DNA of 64,000 nt from Blasia pusilla (lineage: Eukaryota): contig CM114271.1 of NCBI GenBank assembly GCA_050084515.1, positions 47,492,001 through 47,556,000 on the forward strand, written 5' to 3'. Below are positions 35,101 through 47,570 of the stretch, piece by piece. The stretch's first letter is position 1; the number at the start of each line of letters is the position of its first letter. The notes beneath the pieces are model-generated. The model searched no databases. It saw nothing but the letters and a program-made list of their open reading frames with translations, and had not been told where the DNA came from. Made by a program: the position numbers and the translations under genes.

Positions 35101-38100
35101 AACCTCTGGGTCTGTGGTTAGAACTATCTGATGAAGTTTGTCTACACGAACTTGTTTTCCAGGTTTGGTTTATTCCAAACTGACACGAAATGATTGTGTT
35201 TACAGAACGGGCATGGCAGGAGTTCCTGGAACGGCAAGTGCTATATTTGAAACAGTGAAAGATGTAGGTGCCAATGTAGTCATGATATCTCAGGTATGCG
35301 CGTTTTATAGGATCCAGAATTCTTTCTTGATTTCTGATGTAGTATGGGGTCAACAGTAATTTATCACAAATGGCCCATGTTTCGCCTGCGAAATAACTAA
35401 TACTCTGTGGATAATTTTGGGTTGTTGGAATGGCTTATCGTAAGCATCTGATTTCAGTGTTATTGTCGTCTTGGCATTCTCTGACCGAGAATTTCTCCAA
35501 CTTTAGAGTAGCTGATCGTTTTGGTGGTTTTTGTTGGTCTGCAGGCAAGTAGTGAGCACTCCATTTGCTTTGCGGTACCTGAAAAGGAGGTTGCTGCAGT
35601 TGCCGAGGCTTTGGAACACAAGTTCAAATCTGCCTTGGATGCAGGGCGTCTTTCTCAGGTAGTCTTGGCCTGCATGACCCATGTTTGATTGCCTGGAATC
35701 ATGAACAGGAGATGTTGCCTGTCTCTTCTGATCAGCTCTGGTTGTGTGGATTGGGTCAGTGAGTTTCACATGTAATAATATGCTTAAACTGGTTGATGCG
35801 TTCTACAGGTAGATATCTTGCAGGTCAGTGCGCCTCTTCCGATGTGTCGTTTTACTCATTTGGTATTATGAGGAATGGATATGTTCAACATGGATGATAT
35901 TCTCCTCCTACGTGAATACCAGAGTTTCTCTACAACCTAGCTATTACAAGCACACTTAGTGCAATAGCAACCACTCAGGTTAGATTGTAGAGGAAAGGAC
36001 TAGACAACCTGTACCACCAGACTACCTAGCATTCTCAAGCACACTTAGTGCAATAGCAACCACTCAGGTTAGCAGCAGTAGACATCTCAATAGCAACCAC
36101 TCAGGTTAGCACTACTAGACACCTTGCATCACAAGACTCACTGAACCCCTCAGGTCAGCAGACCTCTCAGTCTGTAAGCAGCAGCACACTGAACTACTGA
36201 GGTCAGAAGCACAATCCACTCAGGTAAGCAAAGCACGCTCAGTGCTGCTCAATCAGCTCCTCAGCTCAGAGAGTTGTGTAAGAAAAGGTGTAAGAGAATG
36301 TAATTTCGCAGGGCACCCTCAGTGGGTTATATACAGCCAAGAGAATGAGTTTCTAGGTTGTAGGGTTTTAGGGTTAGGGCCTGCCGCCCACAATAATTCT
36401 CAGAATTACTGAGGTAAATCTATAGTAACAAGAAATTACTATTTACTGCGGTAAAACACTAAGTTACTGTAGTAATTCTATTAGTTACTTTTCACTATAG
36501 TAAACTCCAAGTTACTATGGTTTACAACATATAGGTAGATATCTTGCATTGTCAGTGCGCCTCTTCCGACGTCTCGTTTTAATCATTTGGTATAATGAGG
36601 AATGGATAGGTTCAACATCGATGATATTCACCTCCTACGTGTGTTTTGTCTGGATGTCTACTGTGGTTTTGTTTGAAGCCTGCCTCAGAGGATGATGGTT
36701 GGTTGGGGCTCATGGGGGCTTGTATGTTTGCAGGTGGAGGTGGTCAAGAACTGCGCTATATTGGCAGCGGTTGGGCAAAGAATGGCAAGCACTCCTGGAG
36801 TCAGTGCTACTTTATTCAATGCCCTTGCCAAGGTATGTTGATCAAGAATAGGTGAAAAAGGTAGGAATAGTGCGTTTGGAGAAGTCCTTCAGAGTTGTTC
36901 AACAAGATTGGGTGATACCAGGAGGGGCTCAATGAACCACTTTTGAAGTTTTCATGCGGACTGTCGAAAGAGAAAGCTGCCTCTCACTGATTCTCATCAA
37001 ACTGTTTCGCAGGCCAATATAAATGTCAGAGCAATAGCTCAAGGTTGTTCAGAGTATAACATCACAGTAGTAGTCAATCAGCAGGATTCCATCAAGGCTC
37101 TCAAGGCAGTCCACTCACGCTTCTACTTGTCCAAGACCCCCTTGGCTGTCGGTATTGTAGGACCTGGACTAATTGGTGCGACTCTTCTGGAGCAGTTACG
37201 AGAGGAGGTATGTTGTGCAGAGAAGAGAGGTCTGTGGTGTGTATGCTAACTCACACATTTCATGTTTAAGTATCTGGAGGGGACTCTCCTCAGTTTTAGT
37301 CGTTGTGTTTATGGTTCAAAGACTAGGTTCTGTTGTATGGACTGAAGGAATGATATGATTTTTAGGCCATCCACGATGTCATTTTCTACGTGTTTTCCTT
37401 CCTTGTAGGTGGTGGTAATTATTGCATGGAAGAATGTGTTCACTGGCTTGGAATATCAAAGAACAAGTGTGAGAAAGTTGTGCAGAAACATGAATGTTGA
37501 AAGGAACTTACATTTTGTGACCATTACAGTCAGCTAATTTGAAGAAGAAGTTCAACATTGATCTGCGTGTCATGGGAATTCTTGGTTCCAAGCGGATGGT
37601 TTTGGATGAATCGTAAGTGTTCTGACATTTTTCTGCATAGAGGCTGAGTTTTTTTCGAGCCAAACGCCAGTTTCTGCCTAAATTGATCAATATTTTAATT
37701 AGGATTGCTCCCTGCCAAATTGGTATGAGTAAAATTTTCAGATTCAAAATTTGTCTGTATACAAGAAGACCTAACACGCGTACTACTTCGTCTACCTTGC
37801 AGTCGGTTGAACTTGGAGAATTGGGAGGAGACCTTGACTGAAAGAGGAGAAATAACAGATTTGAGCAAGTTTACAGCACATTTGCACCAAAATCATTTTG
37901 TACCTAACAAAGTTATTGTGGACTGCACTGCTAGTGCTGAGATAGCCGAGAACTATTTGCAATGGCTTAAGAAAGGGATACACATTATTACTCCCAACAA
38001 GAAGGCTAATTCTGGCCCGCTGGATCAGGTGATTACTCCTGATTTTAATTTCCTGGGAATAGATCACATGGAGCCTTGGAAGTGAAGTTTGAGGTGGAAG

Positions 38101-40802
38101 ATCCCTATTGGGTACCTGCAATCCAAAAAATCTGAGTTGTGCTTTGGTCGAATGAGTAGTCTGTCAGTCAATGGGATGAGATAGAGGTTTGATTGGCTAT
38201 TAAAGAGTAAAGTTTCTGCCCGAGGGAAAAGTGTAAGGTGAATTGGAATATTACCTCCTAACATAACATGCTATTTACTCCTGTCAGGACTTTAAATAAC
38301 TTCAATCGTCACAAAATGTTGGAAAAGTGCATACATCAGTCTTGCACGTCTAGATTCAGGCTATGATCACGTTAGTTTGTTGGTTTTCTGAAGGATTTTT
38401 TAGATTGTCGGATGTTCCCTTCCTGATCCGCCCTCTTTTGATATTTCTTTGTTGGATTTAGTACTTAGCAGTGAGGAACCTTCAGAGACTGTCCTACACT
38501 CATTACTTCTATGAAGCAACAGTGGGTGCGGGGCTCCCTATTATGAGCACGTTGCGAGGTCTATTAGAGACAGGTGACAAGATTTATCGTGTGGAGGGTA
38601 TTTTCAGGTGCGCCCTCTTTTACTTATGTATCTACCTATTTTTACATTTGCATCTGTCTCAGCTTAATGAAACATGGAGATTATTTCTCAATGACTGCTC
38701 TCATAATTTGGTTTCGGGTGACAGTGGGACTTTGAGTTATATCTTCAACAACTTCACGGGAGATAGGACCTTCAGTCAGGTGGTCGGAGAAGCCAAGAAA
38801 GCTGGCTACACAGAACCTGATCCAAGAGATGACCTCTCCGGGACTGATGTTGCACGAAAGGTAGTATTGGTGGTGAACTGTGTCTTTGAGAGCTCACTCT
38901 GTCTCTTAAGAGTACTGTCCAGCACTGAATGCGAAGGTGGTACCACCAGAGCTATTTTTCAAGTTCGTCGGTATAGTCGTACTGCCCAAAGCGTCTGCAG
39001 TGGTGAGTAGATATTTTGGTGAATTGTTTCTCGGTTGATACCTGGAAGCTCTGCACTGACCCTTTCTACGGTAAGTGCTCACCCTGTACGAGAGCGTATC
39101 TTTCCTCTCAAATGGTACTTTATTCTCTTCTTCCTCTGCACCCATCCCAGTCTCTAGCACTGTCCAAACAGTTGCTGGAACCCACTCCTAGATGAGTATA
39201 GTCTCTCACACCCGCACTTGTGAAAATTTCAGAAAGAGCAACAGCCTACACTGAAATTTGCAAGCTCGTACCACTAGAGCTGTTTGTCATGCCCAGTCGC
39301 CTAGATTGGCAAGCCAAAGCTGCTGCCCGGGTGAGTAGTTTATTTGGGATTTAAACTCTTGTAAGGTAGATTGTTTCCTGGCTGAAACCGGGATGCCTTG
39401 ACACTCTGTATGGTATTCACTCACACCGTATGATAGTCTCCCTCTCATATGGAGAGTTTAGTCGATAGGGGGAATGGTGCCTCCTTTTTTTCAGGGCCCG
39501 TTGTGGCCTTTGGATACTTGACTCTTTGAGTCCCCCCCCCCTCTTTTGTTTTTAGGATGGGTTTTCCATCATGCATATTTATTGAGGTTCATCTTCTTCT
39601 CATATGGCACTTAGGGTTTAGGGTTTATTTCACTTCTTCAGCCTCCACCCATCGCAGCAAATAGTCCCTTAAAACTAGGGCACTGGGTGGAAAGTTTGTA
39701 TGGCTACTCGAGGTGCTACTTAATTAATGGGTAGTCTATTCACATCTCTCAGGTCTAATGGACCTTTTTTGGCAGTCCTTCAGGAGTCCAATTTTTGTGA
39801 TTCTACTCTTGTCCTATTGTGCAGGTCATAATTCTTGCTCGGGAAGCAGGGTTGAAGCTAGAGCTGGATAACATTCATGTACAGAGTTTAGTGCCAGAAA
39901 AATTGCAGGTACTTTGATGATCATGCTTTCTGGACATTTATTCAATTGATTCAAATTCAAACTGTTTGTTGCACAGTTCGTTGACCCCATGGGATTTCAT
40001 TTGTTAATAAGAAAAGGGAAATGGTTCAATTCCTACAGCCGATGTCAGGTGCCTCGTGTAGGATCGGAGGGCTAGGTATTCTGCAGGATATATGGAAAAG
40101 CTTTATAACAACTCGCAGCAGAATATCCCCTGATGATAGGGCCCCATCAAGGATTCATCGCCACTGTACATTCTTGCATGCAGGGAGCTATCTCAGTTGC
40201 TGAGTACATGGAGAAACTTCCTGAGTACGACAATAAATTGACTGCGCAAAGGGATGAAGCAGCCTTATCCGGGGAGGTACTTTGCAGCTTTATCTTCCAC
40301 ACTGGCATTGTGATTGCCTCCATTGCAATGCAGTGCATCACAATGTGGATTGGGTCATACTCAAGTCATGTCCTTTGACTTTGCCATCACCTACCAATCT
40401 AACTAACTTGTGCATTCCATGAATGGGGCTGATCTTAGAGACAAAAAGAATCACTCCTTCTGAATTTTTTCTTTGGCTTTTGTGGAAGTGACCATCAAAT
40501 ATTGTTTGTCTTTGTGTTTTCTTGGATTGACCATCGAATCAACCATGAGTGTGCAGGTTTTACGTTACGTGGGTGTAGTGGATGTGCTGGGTGCCCAAGG
40601 ACGAGTAGAGCTGAAAAAGTACCCCAAGACTCACCCTTTTGCCCAGCTTTCGGGGAGTGACAATATCATTGCTTTCACGACGGAGAGGTACAAAGAGCAA
40701 CCACTGATTGTGAGAGGACCTGGCGCCGGGGCAGCCGTCACGGCTGCTGGAGTGTTCAGCGACATCTTGAGGCTAGCGTCATACCTGGGAGCACCTTCAT
40801 GA
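32176..40802 (+). CDS. AK-HSDH: Bifunctional aspartokinase / homoserine dehydrogenase, plastid-targeted (~17 exons)
   Basis: A transit-peptide-like exon at 32176-32401 splices in frame to 33050. Motifs: HKFGGTCVG, TTLKRDGSDFSAA, WTDVDGVYSADPRK, LSYQEAWEM|SYFGANVLHPRT, two ACT domains (MISQ|ASSEHS and AIAQGCSEYN), GPGLIG, TPNKKANSG, YEATVGAGLP, GYTEPDPRDDLSGTDVARK and RGPGAGAAVTAAGVFSD, ending LGAPS*. Confidence 0.97.
35913..36529 (-). mobile_element. Probable solo LTR in an AK-HSDH intron
   Basis: The minus strand reads TGTTG...TTCA over 617 bp, with a TATA-like tgtatataa at ~36330 and internal repeats (aatagcaaccactcaggttag x3). It is flanked by ~108-bp diverged direct repeats rather than a short TSD. 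Confidence 0.55.
39430..39600 (+). mobile_element. Diverged second 3' fragment of the CRE-like element
   Basis: gtcgatagggggaatggtgcc...ccccctcttttgt...gatgggttttccatc...ttcatcttc parallels 8990-9135 (gtcgttaggggggaaggcccc...ccccctcttttgt...gatgggtttcccatc...ttcatcttc). Confidence 0.6.
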
Positions 40803-42581
40803 TGAAGGCAATGCGGATATACCAGCGGGGGTAAGGGGGGTCATGAGGATTTTTGGAGGCAGATGTTTATGGAGGGTGATCTCTAAAGAACACTGCTACA
40901 TTTAAAATGCTATCAGGATTTCGGACTCCTCACCTTTCGCGAGTACCGGGGAGAGGAGAAGAGGAAAAGAAAAGTCTTGAAAGCACAAGAAATGGAAGGA
41001 AAATAATATGATACGAAGTTGTCTTATTAAGAAAGACAATTTGATAAATAGTATTCTAATAAATTCTCAATTCTGGTCTACTGGGCCTATCATCTCAAAG
41101 TGCTCTCTCTGGATGCAAACAGTCAGTTGGTAACCCATAAAGCTTGGCACCCCTCCCTTCCCTTCCCCTCCCTTCCCCTTTCCCCACAATTTCGGGTAGA
41201 ACTGTCAGCGATCGTCCTCAACTATGGAGCATGTATCTGCATCTATCGAGCGAGCGAACACCAAATGGACCCCATCCCCGAATTTCTGGCACTCTAAGTA
41301 GTACAGTAAATTGTGAAATCTTGTTTCCTGTGTTTCCTCTTGAATGTGCATTCCGTGGATGCAAAGATTCAGGTGGGTTCCATATGCCGCCCCTCCCCTC
41401 ATGACTTCGGTCACTAAGCGATCTTCTCTTTAAATGGGGTATGGATCACAACATGTAGCCTTTCCTAATTCCCTCCCTTTTGTAAGCTTTTCCATAGTTA
41501 TCTCAACTCTATGGGGCTCGAGCGGTGGTACTACAGTTTATCACGTCTACTACTCAACGCAAATTGACTCAAAGCAGGGTGAGTCGGGAAATGTTTACCG
41601 TCTTTGGCCGCTTGAGCGTCACAGCGACGTCCATAATCCATCAGCGAAACGGCTCGTAAAGTGAAGTGGGATTCCTGGGTCTCGCAAAGAACATGTAGAG
41701 AAGTGAAGGTTGTGGGAGTGCGCCCCTACACTTACGACGCAGTGAGAAGGAAGAAGAATATGAGCATCTGCGAACTGGTCTTCGGTATCCTCACCCGAAG
41801 TTCGACAATCTGGACGATAGAATGAAGTAAGGGGAGTAGTCGAAGTCCGAACCCCTAATCTTGGGTGGCCGACTAGCCAAACCCCACTCCCATGATATGC
41901 AGGTGAAAACCACGTGGAGCAGCTAAAGCTAGCTCGGTTTCTGCTCTGGAGAGACCTTCCAATTCCAAGTCTTCCAACTTCATGAGGCCGTGGATAGCCT
42001 CCATGAGGCAGGAGCTATTTGCCAACGAATCTCGAGAACTCCTGTGTACATGGAAACACTTTCAGAAACTCCTACTCTTTCCGGTCCAAAAGCTCGTGAA
42101 GAACCCGGTGATGGAGACCTAGCAAATGCCGAGGCTTTCCTGACCCTTGAGGGCATAGAAAAGAGGAACCCCTAAAGGAGTTCATCCGCTCTCCAGTCCC
42201 CGCTATTCTTGATGGGTCCTTCCATTAAAAATACGACCAAAGTTACAAGTCTTCGTATTCGATTTCATGCAAAGGGACCCGAGCCCATGGCGGGCAAATG
42301 AGGGGTCGTTGGCAGGCGATGACTATTGTGCGAGATTGCCAGTTCATGTGGAAAATCACACGGAGAGGGTGGGAGTGCGTCGGTAGCGGTGGTGTTTTAG
42401 TTTCCGCATTCTGGTGATAGGTGTTGCCTTCGCGGGTCGTAGTCTATGGCAGTCCGACGGGAGGGTACAATACTCGGGAGTGGGGAGGATTGCACCGAAT
42501 GGGGAATCGACATTGAGCGAGGTTGATCTGTCCATTTCTTCTCTCGTTGGGATGCTTGGGGGGAGCGAGAGAGAGAAAACC

Positions 42582-44282
42582 ATGAGGCTTGGGGCACAGG
42601 GAGGACTCAGACGCAGGAGTGCGATCGTTCTGGGGAGTGTTCTTGCAGGGACCATAATCTGCGTAGTGTATTTCCACCATCTGACTATCTCCTACTTCCT
42701 GCGGCCGATTTGGGACACTCCCTCCAAGCCTTTCAATTTCATTCCTCATTACTACGCGGCCAACATCTCTTTGTCGCGGCGCTGCGAGCTCCATGGCTGG
42801 GGCATCCGCTCTAAGCCGCGGCGTGTGTACGACGCCGTACTGTTTAGCAACGAGCTCGATCTACTGGACATCCGATTCCGAGAGCTACTTCCGTTTGTGG
42901 ACAAATTCGTGGTTGTGGAGTCGGATCGCACCTTCACGGGACGCGCGAAGCCGCTCTGGTTCGCAGAGAATCGCGGGCGATTCGCGTTTATGGAGGACCG
43001 AGTGGTTTATGGCTATGTCCCCGGTCGAGAGCTGAACCCCGGAGAGGATCCGTTCGTTCTAGAGAAACATCAGCGGGCGGAGACTCACAGAATCTTGATG
43101 GAGGCGGGGCTATCACCGAATGATCTGCTGATCATGGCGGACGTCGACGAAATACCCAGCGCGCACACTATAGAGCTTCTGCAGTGGTGCGACGGATGGA
43201 CGTCTCCGATGCACTTGCAGTTGCGGAACTACCTCCATTCCTTCGAGTTCCTTGTGGATCACAGCAGTTGGAGAGCTTCGGTGCATATCTTCGATCCGGC
43301 TGTATCTGGTTACGGTCACAGCCGCCGCTCCGACCGCATTTTTGCCGATTCGGGCTGGCACTGCAGGTCACTCCTCGCACACCAATTCTCCTTTCTGGTC
43401 GTCAATTTCGCACTCGCTTGTTCTTCTGATGGTTGTGGGGACAAATCCTTCACAGCAAATCAACCAGGAACCCAACCAACCAGGAATCACAAACTGGTTT
43501 TCTAACGCCTCACCAGGAAAAATGTCTTGTCATGGAGTCCATCTTCTCTCCCAGTTTCCATATCAGGAATCCCTTCTCCATCAATTCCGGCGCCACGAGC
43601 AGATATCACCTTCGCATTTTGGTCACTTTCCTTCTCATTCCACTTCCTCTTCCATCCCGCGCAGGAAACCCGGAGACATCAATATCCCCCATCTTTCTTC
43701 TCTCCTCCTCCTCCTCCTAAACTTAACGTGACGCTGCATTTGTACTTCTGATCCAGTCCACTGCTTCATCCCCTCCTTTTTTCCCACTGTCCATGGGCTC
43801 AGGTTTTGCTCACTCTTCGAGCACCTAGCACGATTTCTCCTGGATCTGCAGCAGAATTCGACATCCTCCTCCCGATTCGCCTGACGAACGGAGCAAACGG
43901 AGAGCCACGGAGTCGCACGAACGGACTCGAAGAGAATTCGCCCGTTCCGTCGCACGGGCACTTTACTAACTGCGGACTCGTGGGGTTGCGCAGTTTCTGC
44001 TTCCGACATGTGAGCGACTATGTATTCAAAATGACGGCGTACAGCCACGCCGACCGCGTACGCCACCCGTCATTTCTCGACCCGGCGCGGATTCAGGCCC
44101 ACATTTGCGACGGCCTGGACCTCTTCGACATGCTGCCGGAAGAGTTCACTTACCGGGAGCTCATCGGGAAAATGGGCCCCGTGCCGAGGTCTTTCTCCGC
44201 CGTCAATCTGCCTGCGTACCTGGTAGAGCATGCGGATCAGTACCGGTTTCTGTTACCGGGTCACTGCGTACGCGACCCCTGA
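42582..44282 (+). CDS. Glycosyltransferase family 17 (beta-1,4-N-acetylglucosaminyltransferase / MGAT3-like), 2 coding exons
   Basis: It has an N-terminal signal anchor, then [38 protein letters not shown] and IMADVDEIP (DxD). GWHCS|FCF is joined across intron 43367-43993, followed by [20 protein letters not shown] and FLLPGHCVR. The start codon is inferred. Confidence 0.93.
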
Positions 44283-44854
44283 CCACTCCCATGGCCTCCT
44301 TCTCTTCGGTGCGAGGGCACCGAAGAAAAAGTGGTCGCCAATCCAACGACTGTTCCGTGGATTCACCGACTCCGTACTCGTGGGGTTGCGCGGTTTCTGT
44401 TTCTCAGTTGTGAGCGACTTTTGTTTTCAAGTCACAGCTTTTCTTGTGGGATGATCTACGAGTATGTACGTCTCGAAATCGGTTCAAGAGACATATATCA
44501 CACGCACATATTAAGCCAAGAGAGGGAGACACAACGTGAGGGTTTGGGTTTAGGTCCTAGACACGGCAATTTGTAGAGAGATTCATTTGTACGTCCAGCC
44601 TTCGAGATGTTGTACGGAATGCATCATATTGGTTTCTTTTTTAAAACTTATCTGCCATGAGATGAACTTTGTTGGAAGAACTCATAATGTTCTTGATTCA
44701 TTCCCAAAGGGGATGGTAACTCCAACGAGATGACATTTTGAATCAACATTCCGAGCATGTCAAAAAAAGTATGCATCCGATGATGTCTATTATGAAGAAT
44801 ATATACTATTATTAGGGTGGTCTTGAAATTTTTCGTTTGGCATGTCTATATGCA

Positions 44855-45019
44855 TCTATATTATTATTGGAGAATGTCTTCTTGATTTGCAAACAACTCT
44901 TTGTTTGACATGTGACAACGGGGCAGCAAAAAAATATTTCTCCTTTTACGGGCAGCAAGAAAACATTTTTGTGTGTACCATGATTAGTCCTTTCATTGTC
45001 GGCACGGGTTGCCCACTAG
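44855..45019 (+). mobile_element. Non-autonomous mini-Helitron (165 bp)
   Basis: It starts A|TCTATATTATTATTGGAG and ends gtcggcacgggttgcccaCTAG|T. Its first 18 nt are identical to the element at 21120. Confidence 0.7.
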
Positions 45020-45499
45020 TAACCTAATTTAAATAGTCAGTGGGATGAGGTACTATTGTCTAATAGAACTAACAAGCCAAATCACTACACTAACTACAAA
45101 TGGCCTTGCTCCACTACCTAGAGAATCATGAAAGAGCTTCTCAAGGGGAATCCTTCTTATGCAAGAATTGCTTTATAAAAAAGTGTAAGTTTGCAAGGTA
45201 TAAGAAAGCATGGCTAGGATGACAAATTATATAAATGGTAAGTGGAAGAAGAAATAAATTACTACTCTTTTATCTCATCAGAAAGCGAGTTATGATCGGG
45301 GATCCAAGGAGCAAAGACCTTAGTGTGACCCAACACATTTAAACTTAGACTAGCTAGTCGCAAGACTAGGAATGATATCGGAACTAGCCGTGGGACGGTG
45401 GGACTAACAGGAGGCAAGACGCACACATGTCTTGTGAGTGGCCTTTTGTGAGAAAATATCGTGACCCTCATAACCAAGCGAACACCAAATAGGCGCCAA

Positions 45500-47093
45500 G
45501 TGGAACATCAGTAGTCTAGTGGACTCACGCTACGATGATAGCGTTTTGGAGAGGTTTTTGGAAAGGTCTATTGGAAAAGTCCAAGAGACAAAAGGTCTGC
45601 GGTTGTGGTTGCGACCAAAAAACCTGCGTTCGTCTGCGTTTGTGGTCGCGACCAAGAAACCTACACCAAACGTGAACCAAGACTTGAGATGAGTTGAGTC
45701 TTGGAAGGTTGGTTGCCAAAAAGGTGAGAACCAGTTTTGGAACACGACTAGCGTTTGGGGATTTTGATTGTGTTTCGGACCATGACGTTTAGCTCTAAGA
45801 TGCGTTCGCAACAAGTGAGGGCGTGTAAGAAATATTATCTTGAGATACTTCCAACGCACCAAAGATCTCAGCAAACGAATCAGTACAGGCTGAGATATTG
45901 GCCGAAAACGATTGTGAGAAGAATCGGGTTGAGGGCCAAATCAGAGGAGTTCGACTGTCTTTCCCTAAAGTTAGGGGGAGGGCGGGATCCCCAGAAGTAC
46001 TAGTAAGGGGGAGTCTCTCCAAGGAATCCTGGAACACAAACCCCATTTTGAGCACCAAACGGTGTCTCAAGGGCACGGGATGGAACAAGAGTTTGGCTTT
46101 GAAATTCGAAACTCAAACCTGATCCAAGGGAGTGGATTTTGTAAGCCACACTTGGATTCCAACCCGCGATTCATTTTGTGTGAGTCATGGTTAGGGACTT
46201 ATTGGATGCCCATTGGACAGTTGGAACGGCCAGGCACGAAACGCCGTTAGAGGTTCCTGAACGGAACAAAAATTCTGTCCCAAGTCTTTCGAGACTTGCA
46301 TGTGTTGTAAATCGCGAAACTGGGAAGGTTGAGCTTGATGAGAGTCCGAGTCAAGAACTCGGCAAGTTAGAACCGCTGAATGATCCAGACCTGACTAACG
46401 TGAGTGCGTGTTTGGATGCAGATCAGCGTTGAGAGCGTGTCCTACTGAACGCACGCTTCCGCAACAACAAAGATTAATGTTCAAGGAGAGAAGATGCACG
46501 ACAAATGGTATTAGAGCCAATCCTTGGTGAGCGCAAACTTGCGGTCGTAGAAGATGTGGACGTTTGAGAAGAACTTAAGCAGTGAGATTTCGACGCTCAA
46601 GGAGGAACACAAGAGACGAGGAGGAGATCTGAGAAAGTGAAGATTCGCAAATGGCGACCAAGGTCGAAGAACCAAGGAAGTCGCGAGTCAAGTAAGAAAA
46701 TCCAAGAGACGAATCAATGACTGAGCGAGAGCCAGAGGAGGAGATAACGACTCCCGAAATGCCGAGCTCCTGACATGAGGATGTTCTAGACACAAATCTT
46801 TCCGCAGAGCTTCTGCTCCAAACTTAACTGACCCGGCCTTTTATGTCCAAGTGATGGATTTGATGAAGGTGATGATTAAGAAAATCGCCCAACACAACAA
46901 GCTGATCGTTGAGCTCAAGTCGAATGGAGATTCTAGTTCCGACAAGAAGCTTTGTAAGACGAATTTTCCAACGCCATTCACAAGAGTGGGGCGGTCTCGG
47001 AAACTGTACAAGTTTCTAACGGACCTCAAACTTTATTTCGAGGCGCAAAGGGTAGAGGATCGCGACAAGGTTGGTTTTAGACCTCAAAGTTAG
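45500..47093 (+). mobile_element. Ty3/gypsy-like LTR retrotransposon 5' remnant (LTR end, PBS, broken gag)
   Basis: ...gcacgaCA (46503) is followed by TGGTATTAGAGCC, one mismatch from the tRNA-iMet PBS TGGTATCAGAGC. A gag-like peptide follows: PTPFTRVGRSRKLYKFLTDLKLYFEAQRVEDRDKV. The LTR start is not defined. Confidence 0.65.
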
Positions 47094-47107
47094 TTTTAGG
47101 ACTAGCT

Positions 47108-47570
47108 GTGGGATGCAGAGTAGAGAGATCTTAGTATCCGATAGGTAGAGATCTATTGTGGCGACGGCATACAGAGCCAGCGGATTTTTTGAGTGTAACT
47201 ATGTCCCAAGGTGTCAGATGATGTTGAGGATAGGTCCGTTCTGTCAGGAACGTCATTTCTGACGACTTTCTTGTTGGGGTTTTTCACAGCCGGGTGACTT
47301 GTTCAACAGGTCACCCGCCCTTGGTAACCTGTGAGGGCAGGTTATCAGGGGGTTGCTATTTATCAGGGTGTGGGAAGAGCCTTTTGGCTCTTCCCACACC
47401 TATATAAGGGAGGAAGATGGCTTTCTCAAGCCATCTTTCTCATGTTGGGCCATTGGAGTATCATTCTTGCTCAGGTGTCTGAGTTAGGATTGGGTACTAG
47501 CGTCTAGATTCCTTGATAGTACAGGGTGGACAAGGCTCAATATGCCGATGTAGATTGAGGAGTGGAGTTT
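47108..47570 (+). mobile_element. Possible LTR fragment rich in hairpins
   Basis: It starts with TG, has a TATATAA box at 47401 between strong stem-loops and truncates the upstream gag. The 3' boundary is unclear. Confidence 0.35.

Noticed and set aside
36355..36380. Interstitial telomere or chromosome-fusion scar
   Set aside because: There are only 2-3 imperfect TTTAGGG units, a common telo-box-like motif in plant DNA and TEs.
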